From: Dehalococcoidia bacterium
GTDB taxonomy: Bacteria; Chloroflexota; Dehalococcoidia; UBA2979
Direction of reading: 5' to 3'
Length of the DNA: 64,000 bases
NCBI GenBank assembly: GCA_964291495.2
Contig: OZ219872.1
Span: forward strand, 768,001 to 832,000
Both the position numbers and the translations under genes were made by a program. Each line of letters opens with the position of its first letter. Positions within the stretch are counted from its first letter, which is position 1. Shown here piece by piece: positions 56,187 through 64,000 of this stretch. Under the pieces are notes generated by a model that was not told where the DNA came from, made no database searches, and saw only the letters and a list, made by a program, of their open reading frames with translations.

Positions 56187-56249
56187 CTCTGCCTCCCTCG
56201 CGTCGACGCGATGTCCCGCCGTAACGATACGCCCCGTTACCATGATCCG

Positions 56250-57443
56250 ATGCGCAGCGCGGTCACGCTGATCGGCATCATGGCGGCGGTCTGCCTGCCC
56301 GCGCTCGCTCTGCGCGCGAGCGGCACGCACCTCGGTACGGTCAGCGACACGCTGCTGTTCGGCCTCGGCATCGTAGCGGCGGCGTTCCTGCTGAGCTGGG
56401 CCGCCGAGGCCGCCCAGGTTGATGTCTCGCAGGGCCTCGCGGTCGCCGCGATTGCCCTGATCGCCGTGCTGCCCGAGTACGCCGTCGACCTCGCCTTCGC
56501 CTGGAAGGCGGGGCAGGACCCCGAGTTCGCGCCCTTCGCGGTCGCGAACATGACCGGGGCGAACCGGCTGCTGATCGGCGTCGGCTGGTCGGCGGTCTTC
56601 CTGATCTTCTGGCTGCGCACGCGCGGGCGCGTGCTGCGATTGACCTCCGCGCACTCCCTCGACGTGATCGCTCTCGGCGCCGCGACGGCCTACTCGTTCA
56701 TCCTGCCGTTCAAGGGATCGATCAGCCTCGTCGACACCGTCGTGATGTTCGCGATCTTCGCCGTCTACGTGTACGGCGTCGCCCGCAATGAGGGCGAGGA
56801 GCACGATCTCGTCGGCCCCGCCTACTGGATCGGCCACCTCCCGAAACGGCAGCGACGCACGCTCAACGCCTGCATCTTCGTCTTCGCGGCGGCCACGATC
56901 CTCGCCGCGGCGGAGCCGTTCGCCGAGGGCCTGATCCACACCGGGACAGAGCTCGGCATCGACGAGTTCCTGCTCGTGCAGTGGCTCGCGCCATTCGCGT
57001 CCGAGGCGCCCGAGTTCCTCGTGGCCGGCATCCTCGCCTTCCGGGGCCGCGCGGTGATGGGCATGGCGGCGCTGCTCTCCTCGAAGGTGAACCAGTGGAC
57101 GCTGCTGCTCGGCGGCCTGCCGGTCGCCTTCTCGATCTCTGGCGAGACGCTGGGCGGGCTACCGCTCGACGGGCGCCAGAGCGAGGAGGTGTTCCTCACG
57201 GCCGCGCAGTCGCTGTTCGCGGTCGCCATCCTCGTCAGTCTCAGCCTCAGCCGCTGGGAGGCGGCCGCGCTGATCGGCCTGTTCTCGATCCAGTTCGTGA
57301 TCCCGATCTCCGAGGTGCGGATCGTGATCGCGATCGTCTACCTCGCGCTCTCTGCCGTGCTGCTCGTGCAGCAGCGCCGTGACATCCTCAAGGCGCTGCG
57401 CGAGACGCGCGCCATCCTCAGACGGCCCGCCGAGGGCTTGTGA
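56250..57443 (+). CDS. Ca2+/cation antiporter (CaCA family)
   Basis: AVLPEYAVD, ANMTGANRLL, APFASEAPE, SSKVNQWTLL. Confidence 0.9.
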   Translation: MRSAVTLIGIMAAVCLPALALRASGTHLGTVSDTLLFGLGIVAAAFLLSWAAEAAQVDVSQGLAVAAIALIAVLPEYAVDLAFAWKAGQDPEFAPFAVANMTGANRLLIGVGWSAVFLIFWLRTRGRVLRLTSAHSLDVIALGAATAYSFILPFKGSISLVDTVVMFAIFAVYVYGVARNEGEEHDLVGPAYWIGHLPKRQRRTLNACIFVFAAATILAAAEPFAEGLIHTGTELGIDEFLLVQWLAPFASEAPEFLVAGILAFRGRAVMGMAALLSSKVNQWTLLLGGLPVAFSISGETLGGLPLDGRQSEEVFLTAAQSLFAVAILVSLSLSRWEAAALIGLFSIQFVIPISEVRIVIAIVYLALSAVLLVQQRRDILKALRETRAILRRPAEGL

Positions 57444-57463
57444 ATGCGCGCACGTTCACAATG

Positions 57464-57492
57464 TTGCAAGGGCTTACGCGGCCTTGCATGAT
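57464..57492 (+). promoter_or_regulatory. Sigma70-like promoter TTGCAA-N17-CATGAT
   Basis: Exact 17-nt spacing; preceded by palindrome TTGTGAA-N10-TTCACAA (57438-57461). Confidence 0.55.
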
Positions 57493-57494
57493 GG

Positions 57495-57740
57495 TGTTGT
57501 AGACAGGGACGGAGGAAGGGAGACCCGATGACCGATTGGGTCGGAACTCTCCTCAGAAGCGCCGAGCGCGCGTAAGCCGTAAGGAGCAGACCCTTGGGCA
57601 GAGCAGCTTCGCACTAGGACCGGGTGGTCCCATCCCGAGGCGGAGAGCCCCAGCGCCCCGCCCACGGCTAGAGCCGGCACGGGGACCATCCCGACATCCC
57701 AGGCAAACGACATGAATCGGGCCTCCTGAGGAGGCCCGAT
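57495..57740 (+). ncRNA. Candidate structured ncRNA (~240 nt), family unknown
   Basis: No credible ORF; promoter upstream; 10-bp stem 57622-57631/57682-57691; interrupted 5'/3' complementarity; ends in hairpin. Confidence 0.5.
57716..57740. terminator. Hairpin, probable terminator
   Basis: ATCGGGCCTCCT-G-AGGAGGCCCGAT perfect inverted repeat between convergent units. Confidence 0.7.
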
Positions 57741-57766
57741 GTGCGTCCGGCGCAGGTTCAATCGCG

Positions 57767-58642
57767 CTACGACTGGCGCGCCGGGCGCGGCTCCGAGGCG
57801 GCCTCCGCCTCGACCTCGGCGCTCCGTTCGCGGCCAAGCAGCGCAGCGAGCGGCGAACGGCCCACGCCGATCTCGCGCCGCTCGAAGGCCACGAGGGCCA
57901 GCGCGACGCAGGCGACCGCCGCAGCGAGCAGCAGCGCCTGGTGCTGCCAGAGCGGACCGTCGGTGAGCACGCGCTGCGCGTCCGAGTAGTAGTACGGGCT
58001 GAAGAAGCGCAGCCACGACAGCGAGTCGGCGAGGCCGGCGATGATGTTCAGCACGTAGCTCGCAACCGCCCCGACGATCATCAGCCCTGCCGCCCGGCCG
58101 CGCGTCGGCGTCAGCGTCGCCGCGAGCACCGTCGCGGCGATCACGGACCAGGCGAACGGCAGCAGCACGAACGACGCGATCGCAAGCTCGCCCCCCGTCA
58201 CCTCACCCTTGAGGTCGACCAGCGGCGCGCTCAGCAGGAAGCCGACGCCGGCGATCGCGAGGATCGCGACGGCGGCGATCGCGGCGCCCGCGAGCTTGCC
58301 GAGGAACAGCCCGCGCCGCGAGAGCGGCTGCGAGAGCAGCACCTCGAGCGTCCCCCTGCCTTCCTCGGCCGCCAGCAGCGCGCCGCCGACGATGATCGAG
58401 AAGACCGTCAGCAGAATCGGCGCCCAGGTGAAGAACTCGAGCTGCAGGAACTGGCGGGGGTCCGACACGTCTTCGATCTCGCCGAACCCGAGGTTCTCGA
58501 GCTCGATGCCTTCGAACTGCTCGGCGATGGTGGGGAAGAGCAGCACCAAGATCGCAGCGAGGACGGCGAGGCCGAGCCCCCAGCCGACGATGTGCCAGCG
58601 AAGATCGCGCAGCGTCTTGCGCAGGATCGTCCGGTCAGGCAT
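57767..58642 (-). CDS. ABC-2 type transporter permease
   Basis: AAEEGRGTLEVLLSQPLSR, SPYYY, multiple TMs. Confidence 0.9.
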   Translation of the reverse strand: MPDRTILRKTLRDLRWHIVGWGLGLAVLAAILVLLFPTIAEQFEGIELENLGFGEIEDVSDPRQFLQLEFFTWAPILLTVFSIIVGGALLAAEEGRGTLEVLLSQPLSRRGLFLGKLAGAAIAAVAILAIAGVGFLLSAPLVDLKGEVTGGELAIASFVLLPFAWSVIAATVLAATLTPTRGRAAGLMIVGAVASYVLNIIAGLADSLSWLRFFSPYYYSDAQRVLTDGPLWQHQALLLAAAVACVALALVAFERREIGVGRSPLAALLGRERSAEVEAEAASEPRPARQS

Positions 58643-59537
58643 GCACGGGCTCCTCGTAGTAGGAGAGGAACAGTTCCTCGAGCGTGATCTCGTGCGTCTC
58701 GAGGGTCAGCACGCGCTGCCCGGCCAGCGCCCGGATCAGCGCGTGCATCTCGTCGTGCGTCTCGAAGACGCCGTCGCAGCCCTCGAGCGAGACGACGCGC
58801 ACGCCCTCCAGCCCCTCGAAGGCCGCGGGCGGCGGCGGCTCGGCGAAAGCAACGGTCACGCGCCGCGGCGCGAGGCGGCGCTGCTCCGCGAGGTCGCTGA
58901 CGGCGACGATGCGGCCCGCACGCAGCATCGCCACGCGGCGCGCGAGCTGCTCGACCTCGGCGAGCACGTGCGAGGAGAAGAAGACGCTGCGTCCGTCGGC
59001 GACGACCTCGCCGAGGATCGCCTCGACCTCCTCCTGCATCAGCGGATCGAGGCCATTCGTCGGCTCGTCGAGCACGACGAGCTCCGGCTTCGCCATTAGC
59101 GCGATCACGAGGCCGACCTTCTGCCGGTTGCCGCGCGACAGCGCCCCGATGCGCCGGTCCTGATCGAGTCGCAGCCGCTCGATCAGCTCTGCGCGGTAGC
59201 GCGCGTCGACGCCCCCGCGCAGCGCGGCGACGAGGTCGAGGCAGGCGTCGACGCTAAGCGAGTTGTAGAGCTCGAGGTCGCCGGGCAGGTAGCCGCAGCG
59301 GCGGCGCACCTCGATGGTGTCGCGCTGGGCGTCGAAGCCGAGCACCTCGGCGCCGCCGGCCGTGGGGCGAATCAGGTCCATGAGGATGCGAATCGCGGTG
59401 GTCTTGCCCGCGCCGTTGGGTCCGAGGAAGCCGAACACCTCGCCGCGCGGCACGGTCAGGTCGATGCCGTCGAGCGCGCGCACGTCCCCGTACGTCTTGA
59501 CGAGGCCCTCGAAGCGAATGGCCGCGCCGTCCGTCAT
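58635..59537 (-). CDS. ABC transporter ATP-binding protein
   Basis: GPNGAGKTT, LSRGNRQK, LDEPT, SSH. Confidence 0.93.
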   Translation of the reverse strand: MTDGAAIRFEGLVKTYGDVRALDGIDLTVPRGEVFGFLGPNGAGKTTAIRILMDLIRPTAGGAEVLGFDAQRDTIEVRRRCGYLPGDLELYNSLSVDACLDLVAALRGGVDARYRAELIERLRLDQDRRIGALSRGNRQKVGLVIALMAKPELVVLDEPTNGLDPLMQEEVEAILGEVVADGRSVFFSSHVLAEVEQLARRVAMLRAGRIVAVSDLAEQRRLAPRRVTVAFAEPPPPAAFEGLEGVRVVSLEGCDGVFETHDEMHALIRALAGQRVLTLETHEITLEELFLSYYEEPVHA

Positions 59538-59625
59538 CGCTCGTCCCGCCGCCGCACCTTCCAGCGTAGCGGACGAGGGCGCTACCCACGCGCTCCCCCC
59601 GCCTGGGTGCGGGGCGATGGAGGCG

Positions 59626-59787
59626 CCGTCCGGCCCCCTCCCCCCTGGCGGGGGAGGGCGGGGGTGAGGGGGAGCCGCGCGCCGGCGCGGCCTACGAGGG
59701 CGCAACAACCCACCGAGGTCGCAGCTCCGCCGGCGCGCCTGGATTCCGGCTTTCGCCGGAATGACGGGAAGCGAGGCCGGCATGACG
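59626..59787 (-). repeat. Composite ~160-bp repeat (REP A + spacer + REP B), inverted relative to 61237-61572
   Basis: Reverse complement matches the tandem units at 61237 and 61405. Confidence 0.9.
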
Positions 59788-59898
59788 GAAGGGGGAGGCC
59801 GGGAGTGACGGGAGGAGGAGTCGGGAGCGAGTGGGCTACAGCGACGGCGCGCGCCATGCGATGCTGCGCGGGCGCCCGACAGCGACGAGGAGCGGCGA

Positions 59899-60630
59899 GT
59901 GACCCTGCGCGACGCCGACATCGAGGCGGTGATCTTCGACTGGGGCGGCACGCTCTCGACGTGGGCGACCTCGGTGAGCACGAAGTCGCTGTGGGGCCCC
60001 GCCGCCGAGGTGCTCGCACCGCACGCCGAGCAGGACGCGGCCGCGATCACGCAGCTGCTCGGCACGGTCGAGAGCGAGTTCTGGGACCGCACCGAGCACG
60101 AGCATCCGCACGCCGGCGCGCTCGCCGGCATCGTCGTCGAGGCGCACGGGCGGCTCGGCGCGAGCGCGCCCTCGTCAGCGCTCGAGGCCGCGGCCGAGGC
60201 GTACCTGAACGCCTGGGCGCCGCACATCGAGCACGACGCCGAGGCCGCCCCGACGCTGGAGACGCTGCGCGCGCACGGGCTGCGCACGGCGATGCTCTCC
60301 AACACGCACTGGCCGCGGCGCTTCCACGAGCGCTTCCTGCGCCGCGACGGGCTGGACGGGCTGCTGGACGCGCGGCTCTACACCTGCGAGCTCGACTACA
60401 TGAAGCCGCACCCGAGCGTCTTCAAGGCCGCCCTCGCCGCGATCGGCTTGCGCGACCCCTCGAGGGCGCTCTTCGTCGGCGACCGGCCGTGGGACGACAT
60501 CTTCGGCGCGCAGCGCGCGGGGCTGCGCACCGCGCAGCGCACGAACCCGCTGGTTCCGACCCACGACGTGCGCCCGGACATCGAGATCGAGCGGCTGCCG
60601 GAGCTACTGGACCACCTCGGCCTCGCGTAG
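59899..60630 (+). CDS. HAD-family hydrolase
   Basis: IFDWGGTL, LSN, KPHP, FVGD..DDIFGA. Confidence 0.9.
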   Translation: MTLRDADIEAVIFDWGGTLSTWATSVSTKSLWGPAAEVLAPHAEQDAAAITQLLGTVESEFWDRTEHEHPHAGALAGIVVEAHGRLGASAPSSALEAAAEAYLNAWAPHIEHDAEAAPTLETLRAHGLRTAMLSNTHWPRRFHERFLRRDGLDGLLDARLYTCELDYMKPHPSVFKAALAAIGLRDPSRALFVGDRPWDDIFGAQRAGLRTAQRTNPLVPTHDVRPDIEIERLPELLDHLGLA

Positions 60631-60643
60631 CCCGCGAGGGCGG

Positions 60644-61168
60644 CTACGCGGCGTAGCCCTCGACGCCCTCGTGCGCGAGCAGCCAGCGCTTGCGGTCCAG
60701 CCCGGAGGCGAAGCCGCCGATCGAGCCGTCGGAGGCGACGACGCGATGGCAGGGCACGATCAGCGAGATCGGGTTGCTGCCGACCGCCCCGCCGACGGCG
60801 CGCGCGGCGCCCGGCTTGCCGACCGCGGCCGCGATCTCGCCGTAGGAGCGCGTGGCGCCCGTCGGGATCGCCCGCAGCTGCTCCCAGACGCGCTGCTGGA
60901 ACGGCGTGCCGCGTGGCGCGAGCGGCAGCGCGCACGGGTCGTCGAACTCGCCGGGTGCGCCGCCGAAGTAGGCGGCGAGCGCCTCGAGGGCCGGACGGGC
61001 GGCTTCGGAGTCCTGTTCCGCCGCTTCGCCGGTGTCGGCCTCCAGGGCCAGCAGCTCGTCGTCCAGCGCGTGCTCGCCGCGCAGGAAGTTGACGCGGTGC
61101 AGCCCCGCGCCGGAGCCGCCCACGAAGAGCGTCCCGAGCTCGCACTCGAGCAGGTCGTACCAGGCCAT
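60644..61168 (-). CDS. ogt: Methylated-DNA--protein-cysteine methyltransferase
   Basis: GTPFQQRVW, SYGEIA, ARAVG, PCHRV. Confidence 0.95.
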   Translation of the reverse strand: MAWYDLLECELGTLFVGGSGAGLHRVNFLRGEHALDDELLALEADTGEAAEQDSEAARPALEALAAYFGGAPGEFDDPCALPLAPRGTPFQQRVWEQLRAIPTGATRSYGEIAAAVGKPGAARAVGGAVGSNPISLIVPCHRVVASDGSIGGFASGLDRKRWLLAHEGVEGYAA

Positions 61169-61236
61169 GAGGTCACCTCGGAGCTGCGGGGAGTGCTGTG
61201 ATTCTAGCGCGCGAGCACGGGCAGGGAAGGGCATTC

Positions 61237-61580
61237 CCCGTCATTCCGGCCTCGCTTCCCGTCATTCCGGCAAAGCCGGAATCCAGGCTCGCCGGCGGAG
61301 TTGCCGCCTCGGTGGGTTGTTGTGCCTCGTAGGCCGCGCTGGCGCGCGGCTCCCCCTCACCCCCGCCCTCCCCCGCCAGGGGGGAGGGGGCCGGACGGGT
61401 GCTTCCCGTCGTTCCGGCCTCCCTTCCCGTCATTCCGGCGAAAGCCGGAATCCAGGCTCGCCGGCGGAGTTGCCGCCTCGGTGGGTTGTTGTGCCTCGTA
61501 GGCCGCGCTGGCGCGCGGCTCCCCCTCACCCCCGCCCTCCCCCGCCAGGGGGGAGGGGGCCGGACGGTGCTTCCCGTCAT
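61237..61580 (+). repeat. Two tandem copies of the ~168-bp composite repeat
   Basis: Units start at ~61237 and ~61405, nearly identical. Confidence 0.92.
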
Positions 61581-61632
61581 GACGGAGGCCGGAGGCCGGA
61601 TGCGGGAGGAACGCGTGAGTGGCGCCGCCCCG

Positions 61633-62544
<912 letters not shown>

Positions 62545-62709
62545 CTCCGGCGCCTCGGCGGCGCCGGTCGCCTCGCTGGCAGCCGTCCCGTCGCTGATGG
62601 TCGCTCTCCCGCCCGGGGACCGCGGCGCGCGCGGTGCTGGTGGCGATTGTAGGGGGCGCGGGCGCTGCCCGCACGGCGCGCCCTCGGGGGGTGGGGCCGC
62701 AACGTATTC

Positions 62710-62758
62710 GAAACACAGGCGTAAATCCGGGTTAACAAAGGCGTAAATCAGGTGAAAC
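62710..62758 (+). promoter_or_regulatory. GlnR-box-like 11-bp phased direct repeats upstream of amtB
   Basis: GAAAC-n6-GTAAA-n6-TTAAC-n6-GTAAA-n6-GAAAC. Confidence 0.65.
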
Positions 62759-62814
62759 ACCCGGGACGCATCCTGCTCACATCCGCCACGAGGCGGAGAG
62801 AGGAGGGGCGGAGT

Positions 62815-64000
62815 ATGGATACTGGCCATACAGCATGGATACTCACGAGCGCCGCACTCGTGCTGTTCATGACGCCTGGGCTCGCGTTCTTCTACGGAGG
62901 CATGGTGCGTGGACGCAACGTCCTCGCGATGCTGATGAAGAATTACGTGGCCATGGGCGTCGTCACGGTCACCTGGGTCGTGATCGGTTACTCGCTGGCG
63001 TTCAGCGGGGACTGGCAGGGCCTCGGACTGATCGGAAACCTGGAGTTCTTCGCGCTCGGCGAGCTGGGCTTCGGGACGGAGATCGGTCTCGAGGACGGCG
63101 ACGGCATCCCGGACTCGGTGTTCCTGCTGTTCCAGCTGATGTTCGCGATCATCACGCCGGCGCTGATCTCCGGCGCGGTCGCCGAGCGGATGAAGTTCAC
63201 CTCCTGGGTCGTCTTCATCGCGATCTGGTCGATCATCGTCTACGCACCCATGGCCCACTGGGTCTGGGGCGGCGGCTTCATCGGCTCCAGCGACGGCACG
63301 GACATCCCCGGCATCGGGGCGCTCGACTTCGCCGGAGGCCTGGTCGTGCACATCAACGCCGGTGTTGCAGCGCTGGCGCTGGTCATGGTGCTCGGACCGC
63401 GGCTCGGCTGGCGTCGTGAAGTGATGCGGCCGCACGCGCTGCCGTTCACGGTGCTGGGCGCGGGCATGCTCTGGTTCGGCTGGTTCGGCTTCAACGCAGG
63501 CTCGGCGCTCGCCGCAGACGGCGCAGCCGGCAACGCCTTCCTGACGACGCAGATCGCCGCAGGCGTGGCGGCCCTGACCTGGGCGCTGGCCGAGCAGTTC
63601 AAGCACGGCCGCCCGACAACGCTCGGCTTCGCCTCGGGCGCGGTCGCCGGACTGGTCGCGATCACCCCGGCGGCGGGTTTCGTCAGCCCGCTCTGGGCGC
63701 TGGTGATCGGCGCCGCGGCAGGTCTGATCTGCTTCCTCGCGCTGCAGATCAAGTTCCGCTACGGCTTCGACGACTCGCTCGACGTGGTCGCCGTGCACAT
63801 GGTCGGCGGCATCGTCGGCGCGCTGCTGCTCGGCCTCTTCGCCGAGGCGGCGATCGGCGGCACCGACGGCGCGTTCTTCGGCAACGTGGAGCAGCTGCTG
63901 CGGCAGGCGATCTCGATCGTCGTCGCGCTCGTGTTCTCGTTCGTCGTCACCTACGTGATCGCGGTTATCATCGATCGGACGATGGGCTTGCGCGTCTCCG
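62815..64000 (+). CDS. amtB: Ammonium transporter, runs off the window edge
   Basis: MDTGHTAWILTSAALVLFMTPGLAFFYGG, FQLMFAIITPALISG, DFAGG, LWFGWFGFN, DDSLDV. Confidence 0.96.
   Translation, partial: MDTGHTAWILTSAALVLFMTPGLAFFYGGMVRGRNVLAMLMKNYVAMGVVTVTWVVIGYSLAFSGDWQGLGLIGNLEFFALGELGFGTEIGLEDGDGIPDSVFLLFQLMFAIITPALISGAVAERMKFTSWVVFIAIWSIIVYAPMAHWVWGGGFIGSSDGTDIPGIGALDFAGGLVVHINAGVAALALVMVLGPRLGWRREVMRPHALPFTVLGAGMLWFGWFGFNAGSALAADGAAGNAFLTTQIAAGVAALTWALAEQFKHGRPTTLGFASGAVAGLVAITPAAGFVSPLWALVIGAAAGLICFLALQIKFRYGFDDSLDVVAVHMVGGIVGALLLGLFAEAAIGGTDGAFFGNVEQLLRQAISIVVALVFSFVVTYVIAVIIDRTMGLRVS

Noticed and set aside
57474-58016. 180-aa minus-strand ORF across the candidate ncRNA
   Set aside because: Overlaps the permease out of frame, crosses the terminator hairpin and lacks codon bias
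61237-61580. Tandem repeat as a CRISPR array
   Set aside because: Units are 168 bp and identical throughout, with no unique spacers

Overview
Very GC-rich bacterial window. The gene content (F420-type LLM oxidoreductases, expanded enolase-superfamily dehydratases, CaiB/BaiF CoA-transferases, a Tat-lipoprotein Dpp-type binding protein) suggests Chloroflexota/Dehalococcoidia; this is an inference. It is mostly accessory catabolism: a sugar-acid/sulfonate-like cluster (14.2-30.8 kb) and an acyl-CoA cluster (30.9-42.9 kb). It also holds the glycine cleavage operon, tRNA-Gly(CCC), ogt, an orphan Dam-family methylase and the start of amtB. Main leads: (1) an operon with a ferritin-like pair (one copy with intact diiron ligands, one degenerate), two tiny desulforedoxin-like proteins, an SCP2-like protein and three CoA-transferases, i.e. 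a candidate undescribed multicomponent diiron oxygenase; (2) two lower-GC lipoprotein cassettes, each bracketed by a direct repeat of the 3' end of the neighbouring gene, with no integrase; (3) a UxxC selenoprotein peroxiredoxin split by the ORF track; (4) a structured ~240-nt candidate ncRNA with its own promoter and terminator; (5) a lower-GC two-gene islet encoding an orphan ParB-like protein; (6) nested and composite REP/MITE repeats, including 160-bp inverted copies around two genes. All calls were made by eye from motifs; no searches were run.
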